Assembly: GCA_016198685.1 (NCBI GenBank)
Contig: JACQID010000006.1
Span: forward strand, 192,001 to 256,000
DNA: 64,000 bases
Direction: 5' to 3'
Source of the DNA: Candidatus Aenigmatarchaeota archaeon
GTDB lineage: Archaea > Aenigmatarchaeota > Aenigmatarchaeia > GW2011-AR5
Part shown: piece after piece, positions 46,355 through 56,530 of the stretch
Position numbering within the stretch: position 1 is the first letter of the stretch
How the letters are laid out: each line of letters starts with the position of its first letter
The notes under the pieces: generated by a model
Seen by the model: only the letters and a program-made list of their open reading frames with translations
The model's database searches: none
What the model was told of the DNA's origin: nothing
Position numbers and translations under genes: made by a program

Positions 46355-46891
46355 ATGAGCCTTTATTCATCGCTTAGAGAGATGTGGAAAAAGCCTAAAG
46401 ACATATACAAGTCTTCAGTCAGAAGCATGAAAGATGAAAGCTTTGAACGCATAGAAAGACCGACAAGGCTCGATCGGGCAAGAGCTTTGGGGTACAAGGC
46501 CAAGCAGGGTTATGTTATAATCAAGGCAAAAATAGGAAAAGGCGGGCGAGTAAGACCAAGAGCCAGAAAAGGCAGAAAGCCCTCTAAAATGGGTACATTC
46601 TTCACGCCTAAGCACAGTGCACAGGCTATTCTCGAAAGAAGAGCAGTCAGGAAATACCCGAATATGGAAGTTTTGAACTCTTATTATGCCGGCGAAACCG
46701 GAATGCACAAGTTCTATGAAATTATACTCGTTGACAGAAGCCATCCTGTGATAAAGAATGACAAACACATCAGCTGGATCACGTCGCAAAGAAGAAGAGC
46801 TTTCCGTGGCCTGACATCGCAGGGCAAGAAGGGCAAGAGAGGCAAGCAATACCCCAAGCCTTCTGAATTGGGAATAAGCAGAAAAGTTTAG
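46355..46891 (+). CDS. rpl15e: 50S ribosomal protein L15e
   Basis: ERPTRLDRARALGYKAKQG, EVLNSY, RAFRGLTS.GKK. Confidence 0.97.
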   Translation: MSLYSSLREMWKKPKDIYKSSVRSMKDESFERIERPTRLDRARALGYKAKQGYVIIKAKIGKGGRVRPRARKGRKPSKMGTFFTPKHSAQAILERRAVRKYPNMEVLNSYYAGETGMHKFYEIILVDRSHPVIKNDKHISWITSQRRRAFRGLTSQGKKGKRGKQYPKPSELGISRKV

Positions 46892-46936
46892 GCCCTTTTT
46901 TAAGCTTCCTTAACTACTTTTATCAGGCGTAGGTTA

Positions 46937-47614
46937 ATGGACTATTATGACTTGCACACGCATTCGTCCCTTACCATAGGAGAGAACACGACAGATGAAA
47001 TGCTAGCCATGGCTCGGAAACTTGGTTTACGCGGGATAGGAATTTCCGGGCTTCGCGAAAAGCCGGCTTCAGAATTGGATATAATCTCATGTTATATTAT
47101 AGAAGCAAAAAACCCGCAGCAGCTCATGGAAGAGGCAAGGAAATACAGGGATTCATACGAAGTTCTGATGGTTTCGGGCGGCAATTACGAGGTCAATAGG
47201 GCAGCTTGCGAGAATCCCATGATAGACATTTTGTGCCATCCTGGAAAGGGCAGAAAAGATTCAGGCCTGGATCATATATGCGTGAAGGCTGCGAAGGAAA
47301 ATAACGTTGCCATAGAAATAAATTTCCGGGAAATTCTGGATAATTACAGGAAAAGACGCGTCAGAATACTCGAAGGAATAAGGAGAAACGTTTTGCTCTG
47401 CCGAAAGTTTGGAGCCCCTATGGTGGCGTTTTCAGGCGCAGTAACAAAATGGGGAATGCGCGCAGGCAGGGAACTGGCCGCAGTTGCAGCCATTGCAGGC
47501 ATGGAACTGCCTGATGCCATAGCGAGCGTGAGCGTCATACCGCAGCAGATAGTCGCAAATAACAGGGAGAGGCTTTCCGGAAAGAAATGGCAGGGGGTAG
47601 TTATCCATGAATGA
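46937..47614 (+). CDS. rnp3: RNase P protein Rpp30
   Basis: PHP-like DLHTH, VNRAACENPMIDILCH, AIEINF; operon position. Confidence 0.9.
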   Translation: MDYYDLHTHSSLTIGENTTDEMLAMARKLGLRGIGISGLREKPASELDIISCYIIEAKNPQQLMEEARKYRDSYEVLMVSGGNYEVNRAACENPMIDILCHPGKGRKDSGLDHICVKAAKENNVAIEINFREILDNYRKRRVRILEGIRRNVLLCRKFGAPMVAFSGAVTKWGMRAGRELAAVAAIAGMELPDAIASVSVIPQQIVANNRERLSGKKWQGVVIHE

Positions 47615-47978
47615 TCCTAGGATGCTTCCGCCCAGCATGAGGCCCAAGAAGAGATATATAATATTCGAAATAATATCGGAATCACCTGTAGAATTTAAGG
47701 ACTTTTCCAGCATGGCATGGAATTCATTTCTTTCTACATTGGGCGAAGCGCATGCAGCTGAGGCAAGAATATGGATAATACCGAATCTTTATGACGCCAA
47801 AAAACAGAAGGGCGTAATAAGATGCGGGAATGCATATGTCGAAGACATCCGGGCAGCCTTGGCCATGCTTTCTATCGTAGGAGAATCCCGTGCAATAATC
47901 AGGGTGGTTGGTGTCACAGGCACGATAAAATCGGCCAAGGAGAAATACGCCGATCCTAATTTAAAACAATACGCGTAA
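47607..47978 (+). CDS. rnp2: RNase P protein Pop5/Rpp14
   Basis: LPPSMRPKKRYIIF, GVTGTIKSA. Confidence 0.93.
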   Translation: MNDPRMLPPSMRPKKRYIIFEIISESPVEFKDFSSMAWNSFLSTLGEAHAAEARIWIIPNLYDAKKQKGVIRCGNAYVEDIRAALAMLSIVGESRAIIRVVGVTGTIKSAKEKYADPNLKQYA

Positions 47979-47986
47979 GTGATCGT

Positions 47987-48385
47987 ATGGATTATGCTGA
48001 CATGCTTAAGAGGGCAAGGGAAAGAATCCCGAAGACCGAGAATAAGGAAAGGTTCGAGATTCCCATAGCTGAGGTGACCACGGGCAAACAGACCTCCATT
48101 AAGAATTTCACTGAGATAGCCAAGGCCCTAAGGAGGGATTCAAAGCACCTCTCCAAATTCTTGTTCAAGGAATTGGCAGTGCCTGGAAGCTCAAGAGGCA
48201 CGGAACTTCTGCTCCAGGGCAAGTTTTATCCAGGCCCAATAAAGCAGAAGATAGAGGAATATGCAAAAGAATATGTTTTCTGTCAGGAATGTGGCAAGCC
48301 TGACACCAACATGACAGAGGAAGGCAAGATCGTTGTGATCAAGTGCGAAGCCTGTGGCGCAAGAAAAACAGGAAGAAAGCTCTAG
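47987..48385 (+). CDS. eif2b: translation initiation factor aIF2 beta
   Basis: ERFEIP, NFTEIAKALRRD, YVFCQECGKPDT, CEACGA. Confidence 0.95.
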   Translation: MDYADMLKRARERIPKTENKERFEIPIAEVTTGKQTSIKNFTEIAKALRRDSKHLSKFLFKELAVPGSSRGTELLLQGKFYPGPIKQKIEEYAKEYVFCQECGKPDTNMTEEGKIVVIKCEACGARKTGRKL

Positions 48386-48421
48386 CCAATTCTTTTTATA
48401 ATTCCTATAGGAAATAATCCT

Positions 48422-48718
48422 ATGGGATTTTCGTACAAGATGCATGTCAGCGGGGACCACAGAGTATTGGCTATAGCAGATTCGGACGTGTTAGGCATGG
48501 TTTTTGAGGAAGGGGAACTTTTCATGGAAGTCGGGAAGAATTTCTACGGCGGCGAAGAATGCTCGGAAGATCAGGCACGTGAGCTTGCTGCAGAAGCCAC
48601 GATAATAAATGCCGTGGGGAAGAAAATCGTTAAGCTTCTCTCCGACGATGGCATGGTGGACAAGTCGATGATACTTGAAATAGGAGGCGTGCACCATGCG
48701 CAGGTCATTCGTATCTAA
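48422..48718 (+). CDS. DUF424 family protein
   Basis: VLAIADSDVLG..F.EG, ATIINAVGKK, IGGVHHAQ. Confidence 0.88.
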   Translation: MGFSYKMHVSGDHRVLAIADSDVLGMVFEEGELFMEVGKNFYGGEECSEDQARELAAEATIINAVGKKIVKLLSDDGMVDKSMILEIGGVHHAQVIRI

Positions 48719-49310
48719 AGGTCAGTGGTTCATAATCTCCGCGGTTATAATATCAGGCGCATTGCTCGCTATATCCTTTATTTTCCGAGGCTATTTTGCC
48801 GCCGACACGTCTGCTGTGCAGCTAAACGACCAAAGCTATTACTTCTACTCAATCAACGAATCTATAGCGAACATCCATGCATCGAATACGGATTGCACAA
48901 CCAAGCAGAAGGACATGGAAGAACTGGAGCATTTCGCTTCGCAGGAAATGATAGATAAAGGCATCGCTTTAGCGATGATATACGAAGTAGACTGTACAAG
49001 CAATACTATAAACAAGAAAGTTTTGCTCCTTCACTCCGGTGACATGGAAATCTGGGAGGGGCAAAGACCGGCAATTTCGTCATTGATTCTACAAGGAGGT
49101 ACAGGGAAGGGGGGAATTGCTGTTCCTGTAAATTATGAGTATAATATTCAAGCTGACATATACAGCAGCTTTGGAGGCGCTTTAGTCCGCTCTGAGCAAA
49201 TCACAGTTCCTGCCGATGCGACTGAATTTGATGTAGGTCCGGCATCGGGCGGAAATTATATAGTACTGCGAAGCGTGTTACTTTCGGGCAACAGGCAGTT
49301 CGTCCTATAA
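48696..49310 (+). CDS. type IV pilin-like protein with class III signal peptide
   Basis: RRSFVSKG/QWFIISAVIISGALLAI: basic leader, G/Q cleavage site, hydrophobic helix. Confidence 0.7.
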   Translation: MRRSFVSKGQWFIISAVIISGALLAISFIFRGYFAADTSAVQLNDQSYYFYSINESIANIHASNTDCTTKQKDMEELEHFASQEMIDKGIALAMIYEVDCTSNTINKKVLLLHSGDMEIWEGQRPAISSLILQGGTGKGGIAVPVNYEYNIQADIYSSFGGALVRSEQITVPADATEFDVGPASGGNYIVLRSVLLSGNRQFVL

Positions 49311-50387
49311 GCCTTCCACATCCTCTTTTTCTATGCCTTCAGGAAGGGCTGATTTTTTTGACATAGCTCTCAGAAGATGCGCATATTCGCGGACTCTGCG
49401 AGAGGAGATGTGGAGAATCGAAGATAGCTTGGAGGTGTCTTTTCGCGCGGCATATGCCCTCGGATAAGAGTATCTTGTGAATTTTCTATACATCTCCTGC
49501 TTGGCAAGCGCCACGCCAACTGCCCCCATGCTTGGATATTTGGCAAGCGACCATGCCTGTCTTTTCATTATGCGAGACGCAATCAAATCTGCTTTGGAGA
49601 GGGAATCCAGTGCTTTCCATATTTCTTCCGGCTTTTCATATTCCTCGGCCAAATTCCATTCAAGCCAGAGCAAAACATCAGATTCCGGCTTTTCACTATT
49701 ACGAAGAACAGAGAGGACGTTTTCCATGCTTCTTGTTTTGAATATGATTTTCACAGTCTCAAATATGTCGTTTTCTGAATCCCGCAATCCGGCATTTTTT
49801 TCGTCGGCGAGGGATTCCATGTCTATTATCGCGGCGCGTACATCGCCGTCTGCGACGCGCGCTATATGAGACAAAGCAATGTCACTGGACTTCAAGGTCT
49901 CCTTATCGCGGATATTCTTCAGCAGTTTCGCTATGCTATCGTATCGGACTCTTTTGAACGCGAGAGGAGATGAAACTGCTCTTAGGTTTCTGAGCTTCTT
50001 GGAATAAGGATCGGCCGCAATCAGCAGAACGGGAAATTTTGATGATTTTACTATCTCCTCCACCGCCTTCACAGAATCAACCATGTCAAGATCCTCTATG
50101 AGGATGGCTTTTTTCTTGTGTATGAGGCTTTGCTGCTCGGAGGAATTTTTAATCGTGGCTTGCAAGCCCTTGAGAGAGCGGTCATCCGCAGCGCTGGATT
50201 CAACAAGTTCCGCTCCTGCAGCCATGGCAGCGAGCTTTACTGAAAGAGATTTGCCAGTGCCCGGCGGCCCGGAAATCATTAGCGCTCCTCCTTTCCATTC
50301 GCGTATGAATTTTTCCACGGCCCGTGCTGCCTCGGCATTACCCAATATTTCAGAAGCAGAAACAGGCTCGTATTTCTTCAGAAGCAT
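49305..50387 (-). CDS. rfcL: replication factor C large subunit
   Basis: KKYEP, GPPGTGKS, SAADDR, GDVRAAI, LSKADL. Confidence 0.88.
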   Translation of the reverse strand: MLLKKYEPVSASEILGNAEAARAVEKFIREWKGGALMISGPPGTGKSLSVKLAAMAAGAELVESSAADDRSLKGLQATIKNSSEQQSLIHKKKAILIEDLDMVDSVKAVEEIVKSSKFPVLLIAADPYSKKLRNLRAVSSPLAFKRVRYDSIAKLLKNIRDKETLKSSDIALSHIARVADGDVRAAIIDMESLADEKNAGLRDSENDIFETVKIIFKTRSMENVLSVLRNSEKPESDVLLWLEWNLAEEYEKPEEIWKALDSLSKADLIASRIMKRQAWSLAKYPSMGAVGVALAKQEMYRKFTRYSYPRAYAARKDTSKLSSILHISSRRVREYAHLLRAMSKKSALPEGIEKEDVEGL

Positions 50388-50520
50388 ATTTATTCTTCTT
50401 TTGCAATCATTAAACCTTTAAGTTCTGACGTCCCATAGATTAGCATGGGAAACCAAAATTCCCACCCGGTGACAGCATTTCTTTTTATAGTTTGAACGGC
50501 GAGTTAGTGCGGTGTTCCGG

Positions 50521-50694
50521 ATGGAAAAAAAACAAGAGATTTTGGAAGACGCGCAGGAAGAAGAAAGACCGCTCAAAGATTTGAGGCCGGTAAAAGATGC
50601 CCGCGAAATACAGCTTCTTGAGCAAGGTTACGTTCCCAAGTTGAGCAAGACAGGAGAAAAATTCAAGGGCAAGAACAAGATAATAATCGGTTAA
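50521..50694 (+). CDS. small hypothetical protein
   Basis: 57-aa charged ORF after a TATA-like TTTTTATA; GYVP.LSK motif. Confidence 0.5.
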   Translation: MEKKQEILEDAQEEERPLKDLRPVKDAREIQLLEQGYVPKLSKTGEKFKGKNKIIIG

Positions 50695-50774
50695 TTCCTT
50701 TGTGCGAGAATCAGGACATCTGATTACATGTTTCAGTAGAGGTAGATTCGCGCCTCCTTTAGCGCCAAAGCAAT

Positions 50775-51812
50775 TCAATTGGCGTGGAATTTTACCGATC
50801 TGGCAAATTGTACAAGCCCTGCTTTCATTGATCTCTGCTCGACTATGTCATTGATGAAAGCCCTGTACCCGGTGCTTGTTCCATCCAATCCTATATACCC
50901 ATGATCTATTTCTGCGGCAGCGAGGATCTCCGGCTTGTAAGGGCTGGTTTTTAAAATTCCTAATGCTTCTTCGACAGAAGAACTATTTACCATGCCACGG
51001 TATTCTGCATAGCCTTCCATTATCATTCTGGCTATATATTCAGGCACGTCCGCATATCCGGCAAGTTCAGCGGAATCGACGTGTCTCAGTTCATGCTTTG
51101 TAACCCTGTATAGCTCATCAAGATATATTTCAGGGTGTGTTATAGCGCCATTAAGTATTTCTTGATTTATTTCCAATGAATCGGCATACGCTCCTCTCGG
51201 TCCCAGTCTTATGCCGGTAACACCCAAGGCGGCATCATTTTCCTTGGGATATACTGTTATTTTTCCCGAGGGTTGCGATCTAAGGCCTAGTCGATCTTCA
51301 TGTTTTACTGCTTTTGCTGCATCATCTATGTATTTCTGCACTTCGTTGTCTGCGCTGTAGATTGCCGGAAAATTGAGCCATGCGGGCGCGTCTAACTCCT
51401 GAACAGATGCTCTAACAAAGCCTTCGCCTTCGGGAAGCGAAGAAACGTATATATCATTAAAATTATTGATCTGCGTAGCAGGAGCTCCTATATTCTTTGC
51501 GCTTGTTCTTTCTCGTGCATGCGTTCCTTGGATATCAGGAATATATACGCCTGTTTCTGCAAATCCAGCACCTGAAGACGCGGGTTTGTAATTCTTAACG
51601 GAAGAAACATACACTTCTCCAAGAGGATTTCTCGTTATATAACCAGCTCTGCCGATAGTATACCCTTCAGAGACGGGATTATTGAATACGTATGACTTAG
51701 GAGTTTCCCATGTAGGCTTATTCATGAAACGTGCCTGATCCGTTAAAAGATCCGGCAGTGTGCGGGATTCTTCAATCTGCTTAGGAATCTGCCTAATTAT
51801 AATAGCTACCAT
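50775..51812 (-). CDS. hypothetical protein with C-terminal gluzincin-like motif
   Basis: VTKHELRH followed ~16 aa later by MEGYAEY. Confidence 0.65.
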   Translation of the reverse strand: MVAIIIRQIPKQIEESRTLPDLLTDQARFMNKPTWETPKSYVFNNPVSEGYTIGRAGYITRNPLGEVYVSSVKNYKPASSGAGFAETGVYIPDIQGTHARERTSAKNIGAPATQINNFNDIYVSSLPEGEGFVRASVQELDAPAWLNFPAIYSADNEVQKYIDDAAKAVKHEDRLGLRSQPSGKITVYPKENDAALGVTGIRLGPRGAYADSLEINQEILNGAITHPEIYLDELYRVTKHELRHVDSAELAGYADVPEYIARMIMEGYAEYRGMVNSSSVEEALGILKTSPYKPEILAAAEIDHGYIGLDGTSTGYRAFINDIVEQRSMKAGLVQFARSVKFHAN

Positions 51813-51836
51813 AAAACCGTATCTGTAGAAGAAAAT

Positions 51837-52502
51837 TTAAACCTTATCTGCCGCATAGATCTTCTTGATTTCATCGAGAGAGAGCTGGTGGATCTTCTTC
51901 GTCTTGAGATTTCCAGGCGTGCCTGGTAAAATACCGGCGTTCTTGTTTTTCATGGTATATGCATGGCGAAGAAACGCCCAGAATTTTTCATCCATGATCT
52001 TTTTCTGCTTTAATACAAGAAAAGCGGAATCTATGCCTTTCGGCGCGAACGCTTCAGCCGGAACAATCCCTGCAATCTCCGCATCACAGCAATCCTCAAC
52101 CAGAAGACCAAGCTTGTCCTGCGATATGGCTTTTTCTGCGAATTCCTTCTGTACAAGAAGAACGCAGATTTCCCATTTCTTCTTGAGAAGGGCAAGGAGG
52201 AGCGGCTGGGAAATGTAATACGGTATGTTGGATACTACCTTGCTGAATTCATGTTCCTTCTTCAAAAAAACAAGAGCATCTTCATGGAATACATCAACGT
52301 TAGCTATGGCCTGCAACGTAGGAATGAATTTTTCGTCCTTTTCGACGGCAAGAACTTTCGCCTTGGCCGCGAGCTTGCGGGTCAAATAAGCAGGGCCTGC
52401 CCCTATCTCCAGAATCACATCTTCTTTTTTCAATTCGGCAAGCGCAACCTCTTCGTTTAGAATGGCATTGCTCGAAATAAAGTGCTGATGGAGCTTTTGC
52501 AT
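51837..52502 (-). CDS. rsmA: 16S rRNA m6,2A dimethyltransferase KsgA/Dim1
   Basis: QHF, LEIGAG, VEKD, VSNIPYYIS, LVQKEFAEK, F.PK.IDS. Confidence 0.93.
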   Translation of the reverse strand: MQKLHQHFISSNAILNEEVALAELKKEDVILEIGAGPAYLTRKLAAKAKVLAVEKDEKFIPTLQAIANVDVFHEDALVFLKKEHEFSKVVSNIPYYISQPLLLALLKKKWEICVLLVQKEFAEKAISQDKLGLLVEDCCDAEIAGIVPAEAFAPKGIDSAFLVLKQKKIMDEKFWAFLRHAYTMKNKNAGILPGTPGNLKTKKIHQLSLDEIKKIYAADKV

Positions 52503-52504
52503 AG

Positions 52505-52696
52505 CTAAGTCCTGAACTTCGCAACATCCTGCAGTTTGTCTACATGCGTCATAAGAAGAGCCCTGCAGCAGTATCTCTTTACGCCCAGTTCATCAAGAAC
52601 CTTTTCGGCGTTTATGCCATCGTTCTTCTCTTTGAACTTCTGCCATAAGCCGCCTATGGGCTTGCCGCATGTCATGCATCTAACGGGTATTATCAT
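52505..52696 (-). CDS. rpoN: RNA polymerase subunit N (Rpo10)
   Basis: MIIPVRCMTCGK...LGVKRYCCR. Confidence 0.97.
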   Translation of the reverse strand: MIIPVRCMTCGKPIGGLWQKFKEKNDGINAEKVLDELGVKRYCCRALLMTHVDKLQDVAKFRT

Positions 52697-52721
52697 TATT
52701 ATCACTTGCTTTATGCAGTAT

Positions 52722-53135
52722 TTATCGCTTGCTCTGCTGCTTGCTTGCGCGAGGTCCGTCCTTTGAGCGGGATGGCTTGTGAGGCTCGGTCCTTCTTGCA
52801 TCAGAAACCAGAATCGAGCGGTCGTATTCGGAATAAAGCTCTTTGAGCTTCTTGTCCTTGGTCCATTCCACAAGAGCGTGGCCTATAGCGGTTCTGGCGG
52901 CATTGCCTTGCCCCCAGACGCCGCCTCCGGCAACAGAAACATCAATATCAACGGTTCCCGCTACATCGCCAGCGAGCACAATAGGCTCCTGCATTCTCAT
53001 GCGCTTGTATCGCGGCTGAACGTTTTGAATAGGAACAGAATTTATCCTCACGATTCCTTTACCTTCCCTTATGATGGCTCTTGCTACAGCCTTCTTCCTC
53101 TTTCCAGTTGCAAACATGTTTTTCTTCTTGGCCAT
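52722..53135 (-). CDS. rps9: 30S ribosomal protein S9
   Basis: [37 protein letters not shown]. Confidence 0.97.
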   Translation of the reverse strand: MAKKKNMFATGKRKKAVARAIIREGKGIVRINSVPIQNVQPRYKRMRMQEPIVLAGDVAGTVDIDVSVAGGGVWGQGNAARTAIGHALVEWTKDKKLKELYSEYDRSILVSDARRTEPHKPSRSKDGPRASKQQSKR

Positions 53136-53539
53136 TAGCCTCTCCATCCTACGGTTTTCGCGAGCTCTTCCATATATAAGAAGGAAGATTTAATATTCTT
53201 TTCCATCTTGATGGCTTCCTTGCCTTTGTATTCTTCAGGCATGCCGACATAAATCGAAAGCTTCTTCATGGCTGCCCTGCCCTTGAGAGTCTTGTAAGGC
53301 ATCATGCCTCTTATCGTGCGTCTCACGAGCCTTTCAGGCGAGCGCTGGAAATACGGGCCGGAATACTTGGAACCTCTTTGTTCTCTTTCAAGATATTTGC
53401 CCTTTATAGTTTTCTTCGGGCCTGTTATTATTATCTTTTCCGCATTCAGGATCGTGACTTCTTCGCCCTTTATAAGATTCTTTGCAGCAGAAGAGGAGAG
53501 TCTTCCGAGAACAGCATTCTTTCCGTCTATTATTATCAT
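53135..53539 (-). CDS. rpl13: 50S ribosomal protein L13
   Basis: [27 protein letters not shown]. Confidence 0.97.
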   Translation of the reverse strand: MIIIDGKNAVLGRLSSSAAKNLIKGEEVTILNAEKIIITGPKKTIKGKYLEREQRGSKYSGPYFQRSPERLVRRTIRGMMPYKTLKGRAAMKKLSIYVGMPEEYKGKEAIKMEKNIKSSFLYMEELAKTVGWRG

Positions 53540-53639
53540 ATTTATCAGCCTTTACTTTTCGCAAGAAGATTTAAATGCATTGCAACTCCTTGCATGAGGT
53601 TATTATTAGGCTTTATAACCCTTTTGGGAGAGGGTATAG

Positions 53640-54083
53640 ATGAAATTTAGAATTCCTTTTAGTGAAGCAGTAATAGCTGCCGTGTTAGCTGCGTCCGCAG
53701 CATGTAGTGAAATGCCGTCTACTCAGCAGCCATCAGTAACGACTGCTTATCCTACTCCAAACCTAAGCACCCGGTATTATTCTCCTGGAAAATCTTCCAT
53801 GGTGGTAAAAATAGAGGGCATAGACTGCAGTGATAAATATAGGATGGACCGGGAGAAATATCTTGACGATTTAACGACAGGAATATCAATTATCAGAACA
53901 CATGGTGTGGCAGGTTATCCTATTCATCCAGATACCATCACATACGAATCTCTAGGAGATGGCAAATTTAATCTGACATTCAAGCTTCAAGGACCCCTTA
54001 AAAGTCAAGAAGACGCTGAGAGGATACATATTCAAACAGCTAACATTCTGTGCCCGACAATATCACTAAAGGAATATCATTAA
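53640..54083 (+). CDS. putative lipoprotein, hypothetical
   Basis: Signal peptide with lipobox-like SAAC, then Ser/Thr/Pro linker. Confidence 0.7.
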   Translation: MKFRIPFSEAVIAAVLAASAACSEMPSTQQPSVTTAYPTPNLSTRYYSPGKSSMVVKIEGIDCSDKYRMDREKYLDDLTTGISIIRTHGVAGYPIHPDTITYESLGDGKFNLTFKLQGPLKSQEDAERIHIQTANILCPTISLKEYH

Positions 54084-54178
54084 TGCGGGGGGCAGGGTTT
54101 GAACCTGCGAAGGCACTAAGCCACGGGATTTCTTCACGGTCTTAAGTCCCGCCCCTTTGGCCGCTCGGGAACCCCCGC
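54084..54178 (-). tRNA. tRNA-Leu(UAA) with 11-nt intron (54130-54140)
   Basis: GCGGGGG/CCCCCGC-A acceptor; CGGGA-CTTAAG[ACCGTGAAGAA]A-TCCCG; long variable arm; GTTCAAA T-loop. Confidence 0.92.
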
Positions 54179-54259
54179 TTGCATTTTAATTGGATATTAT
54201 TGTTTTATAGCTGTAAATGCAAGAGTTGAATATAAAATTGATTGCAGAAAGAATCGATA

Positions 54260-55024
54260 TTACTTGATTGCTTTCTTGGCGTCTTTTAAGAAATCTTCGG
54301 CATTCTTTTCTATGCGTTCAAGAGCCATATCAAGAAGCTTGGGAGCCTCTAATCCGGATGCTGTTTCTACATTGAAGACAAAGGCCGTCTCGTCGTGACG
54401 GGCCTCATTACCCTCGATGAATCTTACGCAGTCCTTGCATCCGTCCATGGGCGCGAGCCTTACGTTTGCGCCTTTCTTTTCAAGAGTATGAGCTTCGCAG
54501 GGCTTGGCTTTCCCTTCAGCCTTGACAATGTAAATATTCTGATAACCTGCTATTGCAGCCTGGTTTCTTGCTTTCTTTCTGCCAAAGCCCAAGCGTGCTG
54601 TTGCCTCGAATTTCAATTTCTGTCCTTCAAGAAGTTCGACAATGGGGATGTCAGGGTCAGTAGACCTTACAGACGGATCAGTGCTTTTCATGTCCCCTGC
54701 CTTGACTATGCATGGGCCTTCTTTTTCTGCCACGAGAACCATCTGGCAGCGGCTGCATCCTTCTCCATTGCACTTGCATTCGGATTGCAGGCTGTACATT
54801 ACAGGATCAAAAGTCAGGGGAATAAGACCGAGTCTTCGCACTAGAGCTTCATCAAAAAGCCCGGAGTTGTTGTTCTCAACATCAGCTTCTTCAATGGAAA
54901 GGACGGGTATTCCGCCTATAAGAGTTCTCCTTATTGCGTTAGCCATTCCGACATCGCTTTCGGAAAGGACAAACCTTATGCTGTCCGAGGATTTTTCGAG
55001 AATCTTGAGTTCCATTATTATCAC
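54260..55024 (-). CDS. rpoD: RNA polymerase subunit D (Rpo3)
   Basis: ANAIRRTL, DEALVRRLGLIPL, C.C..GCSRC, F.F.VET.SG. Confidence 0.97.
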   Translation of the reverse strand: MIIMELKILEKSSDSIRFVLSESDVGMANAIRRTLIGGIPVLSIEEADVENNNSGLFDEALVRRLGLIPLTFDPVMYSLQSECKCNGEGCSRCQMVLVAEKEGPCIVKAGDMKSTDPSVRSTDPDIPIVELLEGQKLKFEATARLGFGRKKARNQAAIAGYQNIYIVKAEGKAKPCEAHTLEKKGANVRLAPMDGCKDCVRFIEGNEARHDETAFVFNVETASGLEAPKLLDMALERIEKNAEDFLKDAKKAIK

Positions 55025-55081
55025 ATTTAATGTGAATGAAAATCTTTTAAAGGGTTCATTCGCGATTTCTTGCCACGCAGC

Positions 55082-55474
55082 TTATACTCTTCTTCCCCTG
55101 CGGCCGCCCTTCTTCCTCATGCTGTCATGCGGCATAGGCGTCACATCCTCAATTGAGGATATCCTGAAACCGCTTCGCGCAAGCGCACGTATAGCAGGCT
55201 GCGCACCCTGGCCGGGTATCTTGGATTTCGTTCCACCGGGCGCCCTTATTCTGATGTGAAGGTTGGTTACGCCCTGTGCATGAGCTTTTTCTGCAACCTT
55301 CCTGACAGCCTTCATGGCCGTGAAGGCCTTGCCCTTGTTCATATCCTTGTCCGAGACCTGGCCGCCCGAAGATATTGCTATCGTTTCAGCGCCTGTAACG
55401 TCGGTGATATGGATTATGGTATTGTTCATGGAAGAATATATGCTGGCTATTGCGAATTTTTGCTTCATCATCAT
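55082..55474 (-). CDS. rps11: 30S ribosomal protein S11
   Basis: [43 protein letters not shown]. Confidence 0.98.
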   Translation of the reverse strand: MMMKQKFAIASIYSSMNNTIIHITDVTGAETIAISSGGQVSDKDMNKGKAFTAMKAVRKVAEKAHAQGVTNLHIRIRAPGGTKSKIPGQGAQPAIRALARSGFRISSIEDVTPMPHDSMRKKGGRRGRRV

Positions 55475-55989
55475 GCACCTTCTGCCGGCTTGGCTTCACT
55501 TTCATTTAATTTAGCTATAATCTTGGCGGCTATTGACTCTTCAAGCTTTATGGAGGCTTCCTGAGTCGTAGGCACAAGATAGCTTGGCCATCTGGCTTTT
55601 CGTCCGTCTATCATGACATGGCCATGGGTTATAAGCTGTCTTGAATGCTTCATCGTGTTTGCAAGGCCTTTTTTTGCAACAACGGATTGCAATCTTCTGT
55701 CCAGTATCTGCTCAAGAGGTATTCCTAGAACTTCATCCAGGCTCTTGACGTTTATGCCAAGCATTGCAAGCTTTGCAAATAGCTCCTGTTCTTTACTCTT
55801 GTCAGGAGATGCCTGTAGGCTTCTTGCTCTTCTTCGAAGATTTCTGAGTATGCTTTCAGCTCTCCAGAGTTCCTTCTTTCTTCGAAGACCGTAAGAGCTG
55901 ACTATGCCTTTCTCTTTTTCTATCCTCTCCTTGTCATATGGCTTGACAGGAGTCGCATATTTTCTTGTTTGCTGTTTTGGGTGTCCCAT
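55471..55989 (-). CDS. rps4: 30S ribosomal protein S4
   Basis: [19 protein letters not shown]-like [16 protein letters not shown]. Confidence 0.97.
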   Translation of the reverse strand: MGHPKQQTRKYATPVKPYDKERIEKEKGIVSSYGLRRKKELWRAESILRNLRRRARSLQASPDKSKEQELFAKLAMLGINVKSLDEVLGIPLEQILDRRLQSVVAKKGLANTMKHSRQLITHGHVMIDGRKARWPSYLVPTTQEASIKLEESIAAKIIAKLNESEAKPAEGA

Positions 55990-55995
55990 GAATCA

Positions 55996-56490
55996 TCACT
56001 TCTTTGCCGGTGCAGGAGAGCTTTCGGCCTTTTTAGGTGCAGATTTCTCCTTCATGGCTTTCTTGCTGACGCCGACGCTTGTGTTCGTTCTGAACGAGCT
56101 GCGCGTGCGCTGTCCTCTTACAGGCTGGCCAAGTTCGTGTCTCAGCCCCTTGTAGGACTTTATCCTTTTGAGGAGGTTGATGTCTTCTCTCCTTGCAAAA
56201 TCTAATGCTATTTTAGTGAGATGAATATCCTTGCCCGTTTCCATGTCTTTTCTTCTGTTCAGGAGGAACGCAGGAACAGCAGGATTGGCTATTGCGCCCT
56301 GAAGGGTTTTGAGTTCGTCCGCAGACAGCTCGCCTATTTTCTTGTCTTCGCTTATTCCAGCTTTCATGCAGGCAACTTTGGAAAATGTGAATCCAACGCC
56401 TTTTATTCTTCGAAGGGCCTTGCCGGTCTTGAGAGTGCCATCTATGTCAGTATCCATGAATCTTACAATTTTTCTGAGTTCTGCCATCAA
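55996..56490 (-). CDS. rps13: 30S ribosomal protein S13
   Basis: IKGVG, LNRRKD.ETG, SYKGLRH..GQPVRGQRTRS. Confidence 0.97.
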   Translation of the reverse strand: MMAELRKIVRFMDTDIDGTLKTGKALRRIKGVGFTFSKVACMKAGISEDKKIGELSADELKTLQGAIANPAVPAFLLNRRKDMETGKDIHLTKIALDFARREDINLLKRIKSYKGLRHELGQPVRGQRTRSSFRTNTSVGVSKKAMKEKSAPKKAESSPAPAKK

Positions 56491-56530
56491 TTCACCGGGA
56501 TTATTTCTTTACAACCTAAAGCTTTAATGT

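Noticed and set aside
53540-54084. Integrated element at tRNA-Leu
   Set aside because: No duplicated tRNA 3' end (att) and no integrase.
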